Part shown: positions 41,330 through 50,610 of the stretch, piece by piece
Layout: each line of letters starts with the position of its first letter
How positions within the stretch are numbered: position 1 is the stretch's first letter
Source: Candidatus Geohabitans tengchongensis
Lineage (GTDB): Bacteria; Sysuimicrobiota; Sysuimicrobiia; Sysuimicrobiales; Humicultoraceae
DNA: 64,000 nt
Direction: 5' to 3'
Assembly (NCBI GenBank): GCA_031459625.1
Contig: JAVKIH010000010.1
Location: 1-64,000, forward strand
Program-made: the position numbers and the translations under genes
Notes under the pieces: generated by a model
Told to the model about the DNA's origin: nothing
The model's input: the letters and a program-made list of their open reading frames with translations, nothing else
Databases searched by the model: none

Positions 41330-41502
41330 GGTTCCTCCGTAGAACTACGGACGCTCCCCCTCGGGTCTCCGCCCGATGAAAATCGGCGCCGGTCCCGATG
41401 CGGCGCGACGATGCGGCCCCCTACCGTACCCCTGGACCCGCAGGGTTCGCACGGCGCTGGCCCACCCGACCTGCGTGCACCCGGCGGGCAGGAGGGACGG
41501 AG

Positions 41503-41778
41503 ATGCTGGAGAGCCGGGAGCACCGCCGCGTCCTGCAGCGCCACCGCCGCACCACCGGCGCGCACCTGGAGGCGCACCGGGAGGCGCTGGCGGAGGTCCG
41601 GCGCGCCCTGCGCCACTCCCGCACCGTGCGGGCGCCGCGCGGTCACCGCGAGGCCCTGGAGGAGGCGCGCGAGCGCATGGCCCGGGCACGCAGCGAGCAC
41701 AAGGCCGCCCTGGAGCAGAACCGCTGGCTGCTGGCGCTGCTCGAGCGGCTGGCCCCCGAGCCGGGCGACCGCTCCTGA
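41503..41778 (+). CDS. Small His/Arg-rich helical hypothetical protein
   Basis: RBS-like GGAGG upstream; host-like codon usage. Confidence 0.6.
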   Translation: MLESREHRRVLQRHRRTTGAHLEAHREALAEVRRALRHSRTVRAPRGHREALEEARERMARARSEHKAALEQNRWLLALLERLAPEPGDRS

Positions 41779-41853
41779 GGGCTCTCCCCCCGACGGCCCC
41801 GCGGGTGGTGCGGTCGCGCCGGCCGCCCGCGGGCGCCGCGGTATCATGAAGGT

Positions 41854-42750
41854 GTGCAGGCCATCGAGGCGCTGCGCGCCTTCTTCGCTCAGGAGCCCGA
41901 CGTCGCCGCCGTCTACCTGTACGGGAGCTACGCGGGCGACCGCTCCTACCCCGACACCGACATCGAGATCGCGCTGCTCTTCCCCGAGGAGACGGACGAG
42001 GAGGCCATCCGCGACTACATGGACCGGCTGGCCGGCGCCGCCCCGCTCGGTGGGGAGCCCGGGATCCTGCTCCCCTTTGCCCTCAACACCCACATCCCGC
42101 CGGTGATCTACGAGATCCTGCACGGCGGCACGCTCCTGGTGGAGAACCAGCCGGAAGCCCGGGCCGCGGCCGTGCGCGCGCTGGAGGCCCGGGTCGAAGG
42201 GGAGCGGGCCAGCCTGCTGGAGGACGCCAAGGAAGCGATCCTGCAGGCCCGCTCGCTCGGGCTGGCCGTGGCGGCGCTGGACGGGTTCGTCCTGCCCCAG
42301 CCGCCGCGCTACCTCGACCCGATCCGCGTGGGATGGCGCCTGGCCCGCGTGCTCGGCTCGGCGGCCGTGCTCGACCAGGCCCTGCGCGACGTCGACCGCC
42401 TCCTGCGGGAGCAGGAGCGGCTGGCCCAGGCCGCGGGCTGGTACAGCAACGCGGTGGGCGCGGCGACCGGCATCGCCAAGGCCATGCTCAACATGTTCGC
42501 CATGCCGCGACCGCCCCGGCGGTGGCAGGTCTTCCTGCCGCTGGCCGACGGCGGTCTCATCTCCACCGAGCTCGCCCTGCAGCTGGGGGCCGCCGTGGAG
42601 CTGCGCTGGTCCCTGATGACCGGCGGGGCCGTGGCCGCCGAGCGCGTCGTGGGGGGGATCCGCAGCGCGCTGCCGCCCGTCGTCGCCTTCGCCCGGCTGG
42701 CCGCCTGGTACGCCGAGGTGCCCGGCGGGCGGGCGCAACCCGTCCATTGA
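41854..42750 (+). CDS. MNT-like nucleotidyltransferase domain fused to a degenerate HEPN/DUF86-like domain
   Basis: YLYGSYA..DTDIEIALL; C-terminal helical region (IAKAML..P..QVF..LAD.GLIS.ELA..L...R) resembles DUF86. Confidence 0.7.
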   Translation: MQAIEALRAFFAQEPDVAAVYLYGSYAGDRSYPDTDIEIALLFPEETDEEAIRDYMDRLAGAAPLGGEPGILLPFALNTHIPPVIYEILHGGTLLVENQPEARAAAVRALEARVEGERASLLEDAKEAILQARSLGLAVAALDGFVLPQPPRYLDPIRVGWRLARVLGSAAVLDQALRDVDRLLREQERLAQAAGWYSNAVGAATGIAKAMLNMFAMPRPPRRWQVFLPLADGGLISTELALQLGAAVELRWSLMTGGAVAAERVVGGIRSALPPVVAFARLAAWYAEVPGGRAQPVH

Positions 42751-42817
42751 GCTGCGGGCGCCACAGCCCGCGCACTGACCTGCATGGTGCCGCAGGAGCC
42801 GTGACCGGAGGGACGCC

Positions 42818-43087
42818 ATGGACCCGGTGACCGTGGACGTGCAGCCGACGCCCAACGTGAACGCGCTGAAGTTCGTGGTGAACCGCCGCCTCACCGAGGG
42901 GCGCAGCCGTACCTTCCGCGCGGCCGCGGAGGCGGCGGACGTGCCGGTGGCCCAGCGCCTCCTCGCCATCCCCGGCGTGGTGCAGGTCTTCCTGCTGAAC
43001 GACTTCATCACGGTGACGCGGGACCCGTCCGCCGACTGGAACGCCATCATCCCGCAGGTGGAGGCGGTGCTGCGCGAGATGCTGTAG
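42818..43087 (+). CDS. NifU/Nfu N-terminal scaffold domain protein
   Basis: TPNVNALKF, LAIPGV..VF...DFITVT and W..I motifs. Confidence 0.88.
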   Translation: MDPVTVDVQPTPNVNALKFVVNRRLTEGRSRTFRAAAEAADVPVAQRLLAIPGVVQVFLLNDFITVTRDPSADWNAIIPQVEAVLREML

Positions 43088-43131
43088 GTGCCGCGCGCTC
43101 AGCGCACCGCACAGGGAGGCCGCCCCCACGA

Positions 43132-44589
43132 TCACCTGAGCACCGGATGACCGACACCGGGCGGAGGGTGGCCGGTCGTCGCCACGGCGTCGGCTGCCGG
43201 GTGCCTCCGGTGGAGCGACCAGCTCGGTCCGGGCCGAGTTCCGTTCGGCTCCTCCGCGCTGCCCTCCGTGCCATCCCGGCGCACGGTCGACCACCTCTGC
43301 GCCAGGCCCGCCACTTGGGCCTCGTACCCGTTGTGCGCCCGGCAGCGCAGCTCGAGGTTCGCGACGGTCGACCGCCCCCCTCGAGCCACGGGCTGGAGGT
43401 GGTGGAACTCCAGGAAGGCGGTCTCGCTGCACCGACGCCCATCCGGCGCGACGAAGGCGCACCGCCCGCCGTCCCGCACCCAGACCGTTCGCCTCACCGA
43501 CGCCGGGATGGACCGGACCGGTGCGGCCGGCCGCTTGGCCGGTGCGGTCGGTCGCTTGGCCGGTGCGGTCGGTCGCTTGGCCGGTGCGGTCGGCCGCGCG
43601 CCCACAGACCGCGCTCCCGCCTCGCGCGCCGGGCCCGGCTCTCGTGGCCGGGCGGCGGCCCCGGTCCGGCGGCGGGCGACCTGCTGGAGGAGGGCGGTGA
43701 GGGCCCGGTCGATGACCTGCGCGAGGTCGCCGTCGGGGATCTGGTGGCGCAGCAGGTCCTGGGCCTGCCGCAGCTTGGCCACCGTGGCGGCGCTGGCGGT
43801 GAACTGGACTTTGTAGCGCCCGGGGGCGAGCGGCTGGACGAGCGGCCGGTGGGACGGACGGGGGGAGGTGGTGGATTGCGGGTGCTCACGCTGCGGCTTG
43901 AGGATGCCAGTCGTGGCTGCGCCGGAGGCATCCGCGCTGTCAGCGCCGGAGGGTTGGCCCCTCTGTGTGGTCGCCTCGGCGGGCCCCGGCGTCTGAAGGG
44001 GCGGCGCCGCTCCCAGGGACGTCCCCGAGGCTATTGACCGTGGCGCCGGCAGTCGCCGCAGGACCGTGGGCACCGGTGGCTGGGGGTGGAGTGTCGCCAC
44101 CAGCGCTTCCACCTCCCGCTTCGACCGGCCGGCGGCCGCGCGTAGGACCGCCTGGTGGTTGGCCGGGGTGAGGTGAGGAGCGAGGAGGGTGACCGTGGTA
44201 AGGGTGAGGGCGCCGCTGGCCAGGAGGTCGAGGAGGAGGGGGAAGCGGTGGGCGGCGCGGGCGGCCTGGATGCGGTGGTAGGCGGCGTGCTCGGAGAGGC
44301 GGAGGACCTCGGTGCAGTAGGTGAAGAGGGAGGCGCACCCGCGGGCCAGGTAGAGGCGGCGGGCGTCGAGCTCGGCGAGGTGGGCAACGAGGGCGGTGGT
44401 GGCCTCGCGCTCGCGGGCCGCGAGGGCCGAGACCTGCTCCAGCAGATCCGTGTCGGAGAGCCGCGCCACCGCGTCGAGCATGGCCGCAGCAGAGAACCGT
44501 ACGCCCGTGGAGCGCTGCCCGGCGGCATCGAGCGGCGCGGCGTGTCTGGCGTGTGTGGCGTGCGTGGAAGCGTTCAGGCTCGTGCTCAT
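43132..44589 (-). CDS. HNH endonuclease with DUF222-like N-terminal domain
   Basis: LVAHLAELDARRLY..G..SLF.YC N-terminus; RDGGRCAF..C..LEFHH..P.ARGG..NLELRCRAHN HNH domain. Confidence 0.9.
   Translation of the reverse strand: MSTSLNASTHATHARHAAPLDAAGQRSTGVRFSAAAMLDAVARLSDTDLLEQVSALAAREREATTALVAHLAELDARRLYLARGCASLFTYCTEVLRLSEHAAYHRIQAARAAHRFPLLLDLLASGALTLTTVTLLAPHLTPANHQAVLRAAAGRSKREVEALVATLHPQPPVPTVLRRLPAPRSIASGTSLGAAPPLQTPGPAEATTQRGQPSGADSADASGAATTGILKPQREHPQSTTSPRPSHRPLVQPLAPGRYKVQFTASAATVAKLRQAQDLLRHQIPDGDLAQVIDRALTALLQQVARRRTGAAARPREPGPAREAGARSVGARPTAPAKRPTAPAKRPTAPAKRPAAPVRSIPASVRRTVWVRDGGRCAFVAPDGRRCSETAFLEFHHLQPVARGGRSTVANLELRCRAHNGYEAQVAGLAQRWSTVRRDGTEGSAEEPNGTRPGPSWSLHRRHPAADAVATTGHPPPGVGHPVLR
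43221..43240. repeat. 20-bp imperfect palindrome, copy 1 (AGCTCGGTCCGGGCCGAGTT)
   Basis: Its reverse complement matches 45020-45039 at 19/20 positions. Confidence 0.8.
43518..43597. repeat. 21-bp in-frame tandem repeat (about 3.8 copies) encoding PAKRPTA in the HNH gene linker
   Basis: Unit CCGGTGCGGTCGGTCGCTTGG at 43518, 43539, 43560 and 43581. Confidence 0.9.
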
Positions 44590-44872
44590 GGCTCAGAGAT
44601 AACACGGGTGTGGGGAGCCCTCCGGAAGGCCGCGAGGAGGGCGCAACTCGGTCGGCCCGCTGCCGAAGGCCCGCCGCGTCGCGCAGCCGCCCCTGCGCCG
44701 AATGGACGCGCTCCAGGGGCATCCTGGCGGTGCGCGTCGTGCGTCGCTGGATGTGCACAAATTTCCCTGTCAAGTCGACAAATCGAGCGACAGAAAAGTT
44801 TCCCCGGCTGCCGACGAAAATAATTTAGCCCCGGCCGCCGATATCTCGCTGCTAGATCTCACTGGACTCGCC

Positions 44873-44995
44873 GGGCCATCACGCGCCACACATCCCAGGG
44901 CCTGTCGCACGCCACACATCCCGGGGCCCGTCGCACGTCACACATCCCAAGGACCATCGCGCGCTGCACGTCCCAAGGCCGTTGCGCGCCGCGCA
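44873..44995. repeat. Intergenic 25-26-bp degenerate tandem repeat (about 4.8 copies)
   Basis: Units such as GGGCCTGTCGCACGCCACACATCCCG start at 44873, 44898, 44924, 44950 and 44976. Confidence 0.85.
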
Positions 44996-45019
44996 GGTGA
45001 CTCGACGCGCACCAGGAGC

Positions 45020-45081
45020 AACTCGGCCCGGGCCGAGCTCAACCTGAGCGCGAGGAGGCACAACTCGACCCGACCCGAGTT
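45020..45081. repeat. Two further 20-bp palindrome copies (45020-45039, 45062-45081) separated by 22 bp
   Basis: AACTCGGCCCGGGCCGAGCT and AACTCGACCCGACCCGAGTT. Confidence 0.8.
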
Positions 45082-45258
45082 CATCCCGATCCCTCGCCGA
45101 CGAGATTCGCCGTCTGATGGCGCGGCGGGCTCATGGCACCGGACCGCCTCGCGGCAGATCAGGGCACCCGGCACCCAGAGCCGTCCTGCATTCCGGTAAA
45201 AGACCACGAGGACCACGGGGAAGAGCCCGATCGTCTGCGGGTTTGGCTGCCGTCCGGG

Positions 45259-46131
45259 CTACACCGCGATCCCCATGGCGCGCAGCATGGCCCGGTCGGG
45301 CGGCACCGGGCCGCCCACGCTCCGCAGCCCCTGCGCGCCGGCTTCGACGATGTGCCGCACCCCCGGCGGCACCACCAGGGCACAGCCGGGGGCGAGCGGC
45401 AGCCGGGTGCCGTCGTCGAGGTCGTACGCCCACCCGGTGCCCTCCAGGACGAAGAGGCTGTCCTCGGAGGCGTCGTGGACGTGCGGGACGTTGCGCTCGC
45501 CCGCCGCCAGCTCCACCAGGTTCATCACCGCGCGCTCGGCCCCCATGTGAGGGCTGACGACGAGCCAGGAGCGGCGGGCGATCATTGGCATCGGCACGCC
45601 GTCATGCTGCGGGTCCAGCACGCGGACGCCGGGGGCCGCCGGGGAGCGGGCGGGCCGTGCGCCGGTCGGGGAGGCCGCAGCCTCGCCGCGGGACGGGGAG
45701 GCCGCAGCCCCGCCGCGGGTGGTGGGGTGGGTGGGGCGCCCCCGCAGGGGCGCATGCTCCCCGGCCGGCAGAGGCAAGTCGCCGAGCAGCGCGGGGTCGG
45801 GCGGGCAGGGCCCGCCGACGAAGACGGCCGGGCCCCACAGCCGGTAGCCCTGGCCCGCGGCCAGGTAGATCATGCGGCCGCCACCGAGCGGCGTGCGCAC
45901 GCCGTGGTCCAGGTCCTCGACCGCACCCTGGCCCGAGGCGACGTAGTAGACCGCCTCCATCGGGTGGCGCAGCGGGGCGGCGGCCGTCCCGGGGGGCAGC
46001 TCCAGGTAGATGAGCCCGCGCTCCCGCGCCCCCATGGCGGGGTGGAGGACGGCGCGGGCCCGCCCGCCGTCCGGGGTGATGGGCAGGTCGATGGCGTCCG
46101 TCTCCAGGCGGCTGACCCGCACGCCAGCCAT
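45259..46131 (-). CDS. Bicupin protein
   Basis: Two cupin motifs (LRHPMEAVYYVASG; PHVHDASEDSLFVLEG..PPGVRH) with a low-complexity linker. Confidence 0.85.
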   Translation of the reverse strand: MAGVRVSRLETDAIDLPITPDGGRARAVLHPAMGARERGLIYLELPPGTAAAPLRHPMEAVYYVASGQGAVEDLDHGVRTPLGGGRMIYLAAGQGYRLWGPAVFVGGPCPPDPALLGDLPLPAGEHAPLRGRPTHPTTRGGAAASPSRGEAAASPTGARPARSPAAPGVRVLDPQHDGVPMPMIARRSWLVVSPHMGAERAVMNLVELAAGERNVPHVHDASEDSLFVLEGTGWAYDLDDGTRLPLAPGCALVVPPGVRHIVEAGAQGLRSVGGPVPPDRAMLRAMGIAV

Positions 46132-46925
46132 CAGCCGGCCTCCCCGCCTCGCCGGGCCGGTGCCGGCTCCCCCGCCTCCTCGTCCAGGAAGGCCACGATG
46201 CGGCACACCGAGGCTTCCCCGCCCACGAACTTCCAGGGGAAGGCGCCGACGGTGCAGCGCCGGTTGAGCAGCGTGGCCAGCTCCCCGCCCAGGTTCTCGG
46301 CGTGGATGACGCCGTGCCGGAAGGGCTCGTGGTGCATGCAGAAGAGGTCCGCCTCGGGGAAGCGCTCCTCCACCGACACCCCGAAGCGCCGCTCGTACTC
46401 CCGCACGAGGGCGGGGAAGCGGTAGCGGATGGAGGTGTTCATCGGGTGGTCGGCCGAGCCGCAGTCCACGCCGATCCACCGGAAGCGCATCTGGACCGCC
46501 CACGCTGCGAAGGCCCGGTCGGGACCGGGGTGGCGCGTGAAGTAGCGGGGGAGGTCTTCTTCCGGCATCCCGGCGTAGTAGCGGTGCCACCCGGTGTGCA
46601 GGATGAGGATGTCGCCCGGGCGGACCTCCACCTGGCGCATCACCAGCTCGGGCGTGTAGACGCCCCACTCCCCCACCTCGGAGACATCGGCGATGGCCGC
46701 CGGCCCGACGAGTTGCTCCAGCGGGATGGAGGCCATGTCGCCGCCGCCGGAGATCCCGTGCATCGGCGCGTCCATGTGCGTGCTGAGGTGGAGGGGCATC
46801 TCCACCATCTGGCTGACGATGCCGTGGGTGTGGTGGGTCTGGAGGTACCACAGGCGCAGCCCCGGGTACCCCACCCACCCCGGAGAGTGGATGGAGACGG
46901 GATGGCTCAGGTCCACCACGCGCAC
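46131..46925 (-). CDS. Cyclase / kynurenine-formamidase family metal hydrolase
   Basis: HLSTHMDAPMH, GDILILHTGW, IGVD..SAD and HAENL motifs. Confidence 0.9.
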   Translation of the reverse strand: MRVVDLSHPVSIHSPGWVGYPGLRLWYLQTHHTHGIVSQMVEMPLHLSTHMDAPMHGISGGGDMASIPLEQLVGPAAIADVSEVGEWGVYTPELVMRQVEVRPGDILILHTGWHRYYAGMPEEDLPRYFTRHPGPDRAFAAWAVQMRFRWIGVDCGSADHPMNTSIRYRFPALVREYERRFGVSVEERFPEADLFCMHHEPFRHGVIHAENLGGELATLLNRRCTVGAFPWKFVGGEASVCRIVAFLDEEAGEPAPARRGGEAG

Positions 46926-47018
46926 GAGCTCTCACCTCCCGGGGGCGTCCGGCCTGGGCAGGAGTGTCGCCGCCGGCGCGGAACCTGCCAGGGACGCCGA
47001 CCGACCGGAGGAAGCGCG

Positions 47019-47381
47019 ATGGCCGTCCTGCGCTGGAGCGACCTGCCCCTGGAGGAGCCCTACCCGGGGATCCGCCGGCGCCGGTTCGACGGCCACGGCT
47101 TCTCGGCCGTGCTCTACCACTTCGCGCCCGGCGCGGCGTTCCCGCTCCACAGCCATCCGGAGGAGCAGCTGGTCGTCCTGCTGGAGGGCCGGGTGCGCCT
47201 GCACCAGGGCGACGACCGCCTGCTGCTCGCCCCCGGGGACGCGGCCTGGACGCCCCCCGGCGTCCCCCACGCCATCGAGGCGCTGGAGGGCCCCGCCACC
47301 CTCCTCAACCTGGTCGTCCCACGGCGCACCCGGCCGATCACCCTGCACGGCGAGGCACCGTCGACGACCCCGGGTGCCTGA
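47019..47381 (+). CDS. Cupin-domain protein
   Basis: PLHSHPEEQ and PPGVPH motifs; RBS GGAGG. Confidence 0.87.
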   Translation: MAVLRWSDLPLEEPYPGIRRRRFDGHGFSAVLYHFAPGAAFPLHSHPEEQLVVLLEGRVRLHQGDDRLLLAPGDAAWTPPGVPHAIEALEGPATLLNLVVPRRTRPITLHGEAPSTTPGA

Positions 47382-47486
47382 AGGCGTCCGGCCCCTCCGG
47401 GCGCCCCGCGGCGAGCGGAGGGTCCGTGCCCCTGCCCTTCCATGGGGAAAGAGGATTTCCCTTCATCCTGGTTTAAGTTGAATTCA

Positions 47487-48161
47487 ATGACTCTGAAGAG
47501 GCAGCCGCGCCCCCCCGCCGGGGCGGGCGTCCGGCGCCGGGTGCCGGCGCGCCCGGCCCGCCCGCGCGCGCCCGCCCGGGCCGTGCGCGCCCTGGGCGTG
47601 GCCCGGACCCTGCGGGACGTCGGGCAGCGTATCCGGGCGGTGCGCCTGGCGCGGCGGATCACCCTGGCGCACGTGGCGCGGGAGACGGGGCTGAGCGCCG
47701 GGATGCTGAGCATGGTGGAGCGCGGAGTGGTCAACCCGTCCATCGGCACGCTGGTGGCCATCGCCGACGCGCTGCAGATCCCCATGGCCGCGCTCTTCGA
47801 CGCCCTGGGCGAGCCCTCGTCGAGCCCGGTGGTGCGCCGCGAGGAGCAGCCGCTCGTGCGCACCCGCCCCGGGGTGGAGCGCCGGGTGCTGGCGCGCGAC
47901 GACCCCTGGGACGTGGAGCTGGCGGAGAACTGCTACGAGCCCGGCACGGCCAGCGCCGACCACCCCATCAAGCACCGGGGCCGGGAGCTGGGGGTGGTCC
48001 TGGAGGGACGCCTCCGGGTCGAGGTGGCTGGCCGCACCTACGAGCTGCGCCCCATGGACGCCATCGCCTTCGACTCCTCGCTGCCGCACCGCTTCGTCAA
48101 CCCGGGGCCGCGGCGCGCCCGCACCATCTGGGTGAACGTCCATGGCACGCGCACTCGCTAA
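47487..48161 (+). CDS. XRE-family HTH regulator with C-terminal cupin
   Basis: LSMVERG..NPSIGTL HTH; H.GRE..VLEG and FDSSLPHRF cupin motifs. Confidence 0.9.
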   Translation: MTLKRQPRPPAGAGVRRRVPARPARPRAPARAVRALGVARTLRDVGQRIRAVRLARRITLAHVARETGLSAGMLSMVERGVVNPSIGTLVAIADALQIPMAALFDALGEPSSSPVVRREEQPLVRTRPGVERRVLARDDPWDVELAENCYEPGTASADHPIKHRGRELGVVLEGRLRVEVAGRTYELRPMDAIAFDSSLPHRFVNPGPRRARTIWVNVHGTRTR

Positions 48162-50610
48162 CGCCGAGCGGACCGTGGTCGTCGGGGCCTCGGTGCGCCG
48201 GCGGGAGGACCCGCGCCTCCTCACCGGCGCGGGCCGCTACGTGGCCGACCTGACGCTGCCCGGCTGCCTCCACGCCGTGGTCGTGCGCAGCCCCCACGCC
48301 CACGCCCGCCTCCGCGCCATCGACACCGCGGCGGCGCGCCGCCACCCCGGCGTCCACCTGGTAGCCACCGCCGCCGACCTGGGCCCGGTCCCGCGCATCC
48401 CCATCCGCCTGGGCGACCGCCCGGAGCTGCGCCGCTTCCTCCAGCCGCCGCTGGCGCAGGACCGCGTGCGCTACGTCGGCGAGCCGGTGGCCCTCGTGGT
48501 GGCCGACGACCGCTACGCGGCGGAGGACGCCGCGGAACTGGTCGCGGTGGACTACGAGCCCCTGCCGCCCGTCCCCGACGTCGAGGCGGCCCTGCGGCCT
48601 GAGGCCCCTCTCCTCCACCCCGAGGCCGGCACGAACCTGGCGGAGCGGCTCCTCTTTCGCCGCGGCGACCCCGAGGGCGTGGCGGCGACGGCCCCGGTGC
48701 GGCTGCGCCGCCGCCTGAGCGTGCAGCGCCACACCGGGGTGCCGCTGGAGACGCGGGGCCTGCTCGCCGCCCCCGACCCCGCCGGCCGCCTCACCGTCTG
48801 GGGCCCGACCAAGGTGCCGCACTTCAACCGATCCGTGCTGGCCACGCTGCTGGGGGTGCCGGAGTCGCGCATCCACTTCGTGGAGCCCGACGTGGGCGGC
48901 GGCTTCGGGGTGCGCGGCGAGTTCTACCCGGAGGACCTGCTCGTCCCCTGGGCGGCGCTGCGCCTGCGCCGGCCGGTGAAGTGGGTGGAGGACCGCCGCG
49001 AGCACCTGGTGGCCACGAACCACTCCCGCCAGCAGGTGCACGAGATCGAGCTGGCCAGCGACCGGGAGGGGCGCATCCTGGCCCTGCTCGACCGCGCCGT
49101 GGTGGACATGGGCGCCTACCTGCGCACCCACGGCGTCACCGTCCCGGAGCTGACGCAGGCGCTGCTGCCGGGTCCCTACGCCCTCCCCCACTACCGCTCC
49201 GAGGTCCTGTGCGTCCTCACCACCAAAACGCCCACCGGCACCTACCGGGCCCCCGGCCGGTTCGAGGCCAACGTCGTGCGCGAGCGCCTGGTCGACCTGC
49301 TGGCCGAGGCGGTGGGGCTCGACCCCGCCGAGGTGCGCCGCCGCAACTTCGTCCCCCCCACCGCGATGCCCTACGACCTGGGGACGCGCACGCTGGGCAC
49401 GCCCACGATCTACGACACGGGGGACTACGCCTCCGCGCTCGACCAGGCGCTGGAGGCGGGGGCGTACGCGGCGTGGCGGCGCCGCCAGGCGGAGGCCCGG
49501 CGGGAGGGGCGCGCCGTGGGCATCGGGCTGGCCTCCATCGTGGAGAAGACCGGGCTGGGCCCGTGGGAGATGGCCCGTGTGGAGGTGGACGTCTCGGGCC
49601 AGGTGGTCGTCTACACCGGCATCACCGCGCTCGGCCAGGGGATCGAGACCGCCTACGCGCAGATCGCCGCGGAGGCGCTGGGCTGCCCCCCGGAGGCCGT
49701 CACCGTGGTGCACGGCGACACGGACCGCGTCCCCTACGGGCGCGGCGCCTTCGCCAGCCGCGGCACGGCGGTGGGCGGGGTGGCGGTGCACCTGGCCGCG
49801 CGGCGCGTGCGTGACCGCCTGGTGGCGCTGGCGGCCGACCGCCTGGAGGCCGCTCCGGCGGACCTGGTGGTGGCGGACGGCGCGGTCTGGGTGCGCGGGG
49901 TGCCGGGGCGGCGGGTCACCTTCGGCGAGCTGGTGGCGGCGGCCCACCCCGAGGCGACGGTGCCGCGCGGCGAGGCCCCGGGGGTGGAGGCCACCGCCTT
50001 CTTCCAGGCGCCGATGATGACCTATCCCTACGGCACGCACCTGGCGGTCGTAGAGGTGGACCGCGAAACCGGCGTGGTCCGCCTGCTCGACTACGCGCTC
50101 ACCTATGACGTGGGCCGGGCGGTGAACCCGCGCCTGGTCGAAGGGCAGCTGGTCGGGGGGCTGGCGCAGGGCATCGGCGGGGCGCTGCTGGAGGAGCTCG
50201 CCTACGACACCCAGGCCCAGCCCCTCGCCGTCACCTTCATGGACTACCTCCTGCCGGCGGCCACGGAGATGCCGGCCCGCCTGAGCGTGCGCATCCTCGA
50301 GGAGACGCCCACGCCGCTCAACCCGCTCGGGGTGAAGGGGGCGGGGGAGGGCGGGACGGCCGGAGCCGGGGCGGCCATCGCCAACGCCGTGGCCGACGCC
50401 CTGCGCCCCTTCGGGGCCGAGGTCTGCGACCTGCCGCTCACCCCCGCCCGCATCCTGGCCGCGCTGCGGGCCGCCGGGGATGCGGCCGCCGGGGATGCGG
50501 CCACCCGGGATGCGGCCGCCGGGGATGCGGCCACCCGGGATGCGGCCGCCGGGGATGCGGCCGTCGGGGATGCGGCGGCCGTGGGGCACGGGGAGGGGAG
50601 GCCGCGGTGA
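48142..50610 (+). CDS. Xanthine dehydrogenase/CoxL-family molybdopterin-binding subunit
   Basis: RREDPRLLTG.G.Y, VGGGFG, GQG, G..ASR and KGAGEGG motifs; active-site loop TYRAPGR. Confidence 0.93.
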   Translation: MARALANAERTVVVGASVRRREDPRLLTGAGRYVADLTLPGCLHAVVVRSPHAHARLRAIDTAAARRHPGVHLVATAADLGPVPRIPIRLGDRPELRRFLQPPLAQDRVRYVGEPVALVVADDRYAAEDAAELVAVDYEPLPPVPDVEAALRPEAPLLHPEAGTNLAERLLFRRGDPEGVAATAPVRLRRRLSVQRHTGVPLETRGLLAAPDPAGRLTVWGPTKVPHFNRSVLATLLGVPESRIHFVEPDVGGGFGVRGEFYPEDLLVPWAALRLRRPVKWVEDRREHLVATNHSRQQVHEIELASDREGRILALLDRAVVDMGAYLRTHGVTVPELTQALLPGPYALPHYRSEVLCVLTTKTPTGTYRAPGRFEANVVRERLVDLLAEAVGLDPAEVRRRNFVPPTAMPYDLGTRTLGTPTIYDTGDYASALDQALEAGAYAAWRRRQAEARREGRAVGIGLASIVEKTGLGPWEMARVEVDVSGQVVVYTGITALGQGIETAYAQIAAEALGCPPEAVTVVHGDTDRVPYGRGAFASRGTAVGGVAVHLAARRVRDRLVALAADRLEAAPADLVVADGAVWVRGVPGRRVTFGELVAAAHPEATVPRGEAPGVEATAFFQAPMMTYPYGTHLAVVEVDRETGVVRLLDYALTYDVGRAVNPRLVEGQLVGGLAQGIGGALLEELAYDTQAQPLAVTFMDYLLPAATEMPARLSVRILEETPTPLNPLGVKGAGEGGTAGAGAAIANAVADALRPFGAEVCDLPLTPARILAALRAAGDAAAGDAATRDAAAGDAATRDAAAGDAAVGDAAAVGHGEGRPR
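50476..50580. repeat. 15-bp in-frame tandem repeat x7 (GDAAA/GDAAT/RDAAA) at the CoxL C-terminus
   Basis: Unit GGGGATGCGGCCGCC with variants. Confidence 0.92.

Noticed and set aside
43132..45100. IscB, Cas9 or TIGR-Tas type RNA-guided system
   Set aside because: No RuvC, PLMP or Nop-domain motifs recognised, and the repeats lack CRISPR or TIGR architecture.
48142..50610. Aerobic CO dehydrogenase
   Set aside because: Lacks the AYXCSFR motif and no cox accessory genes are present.
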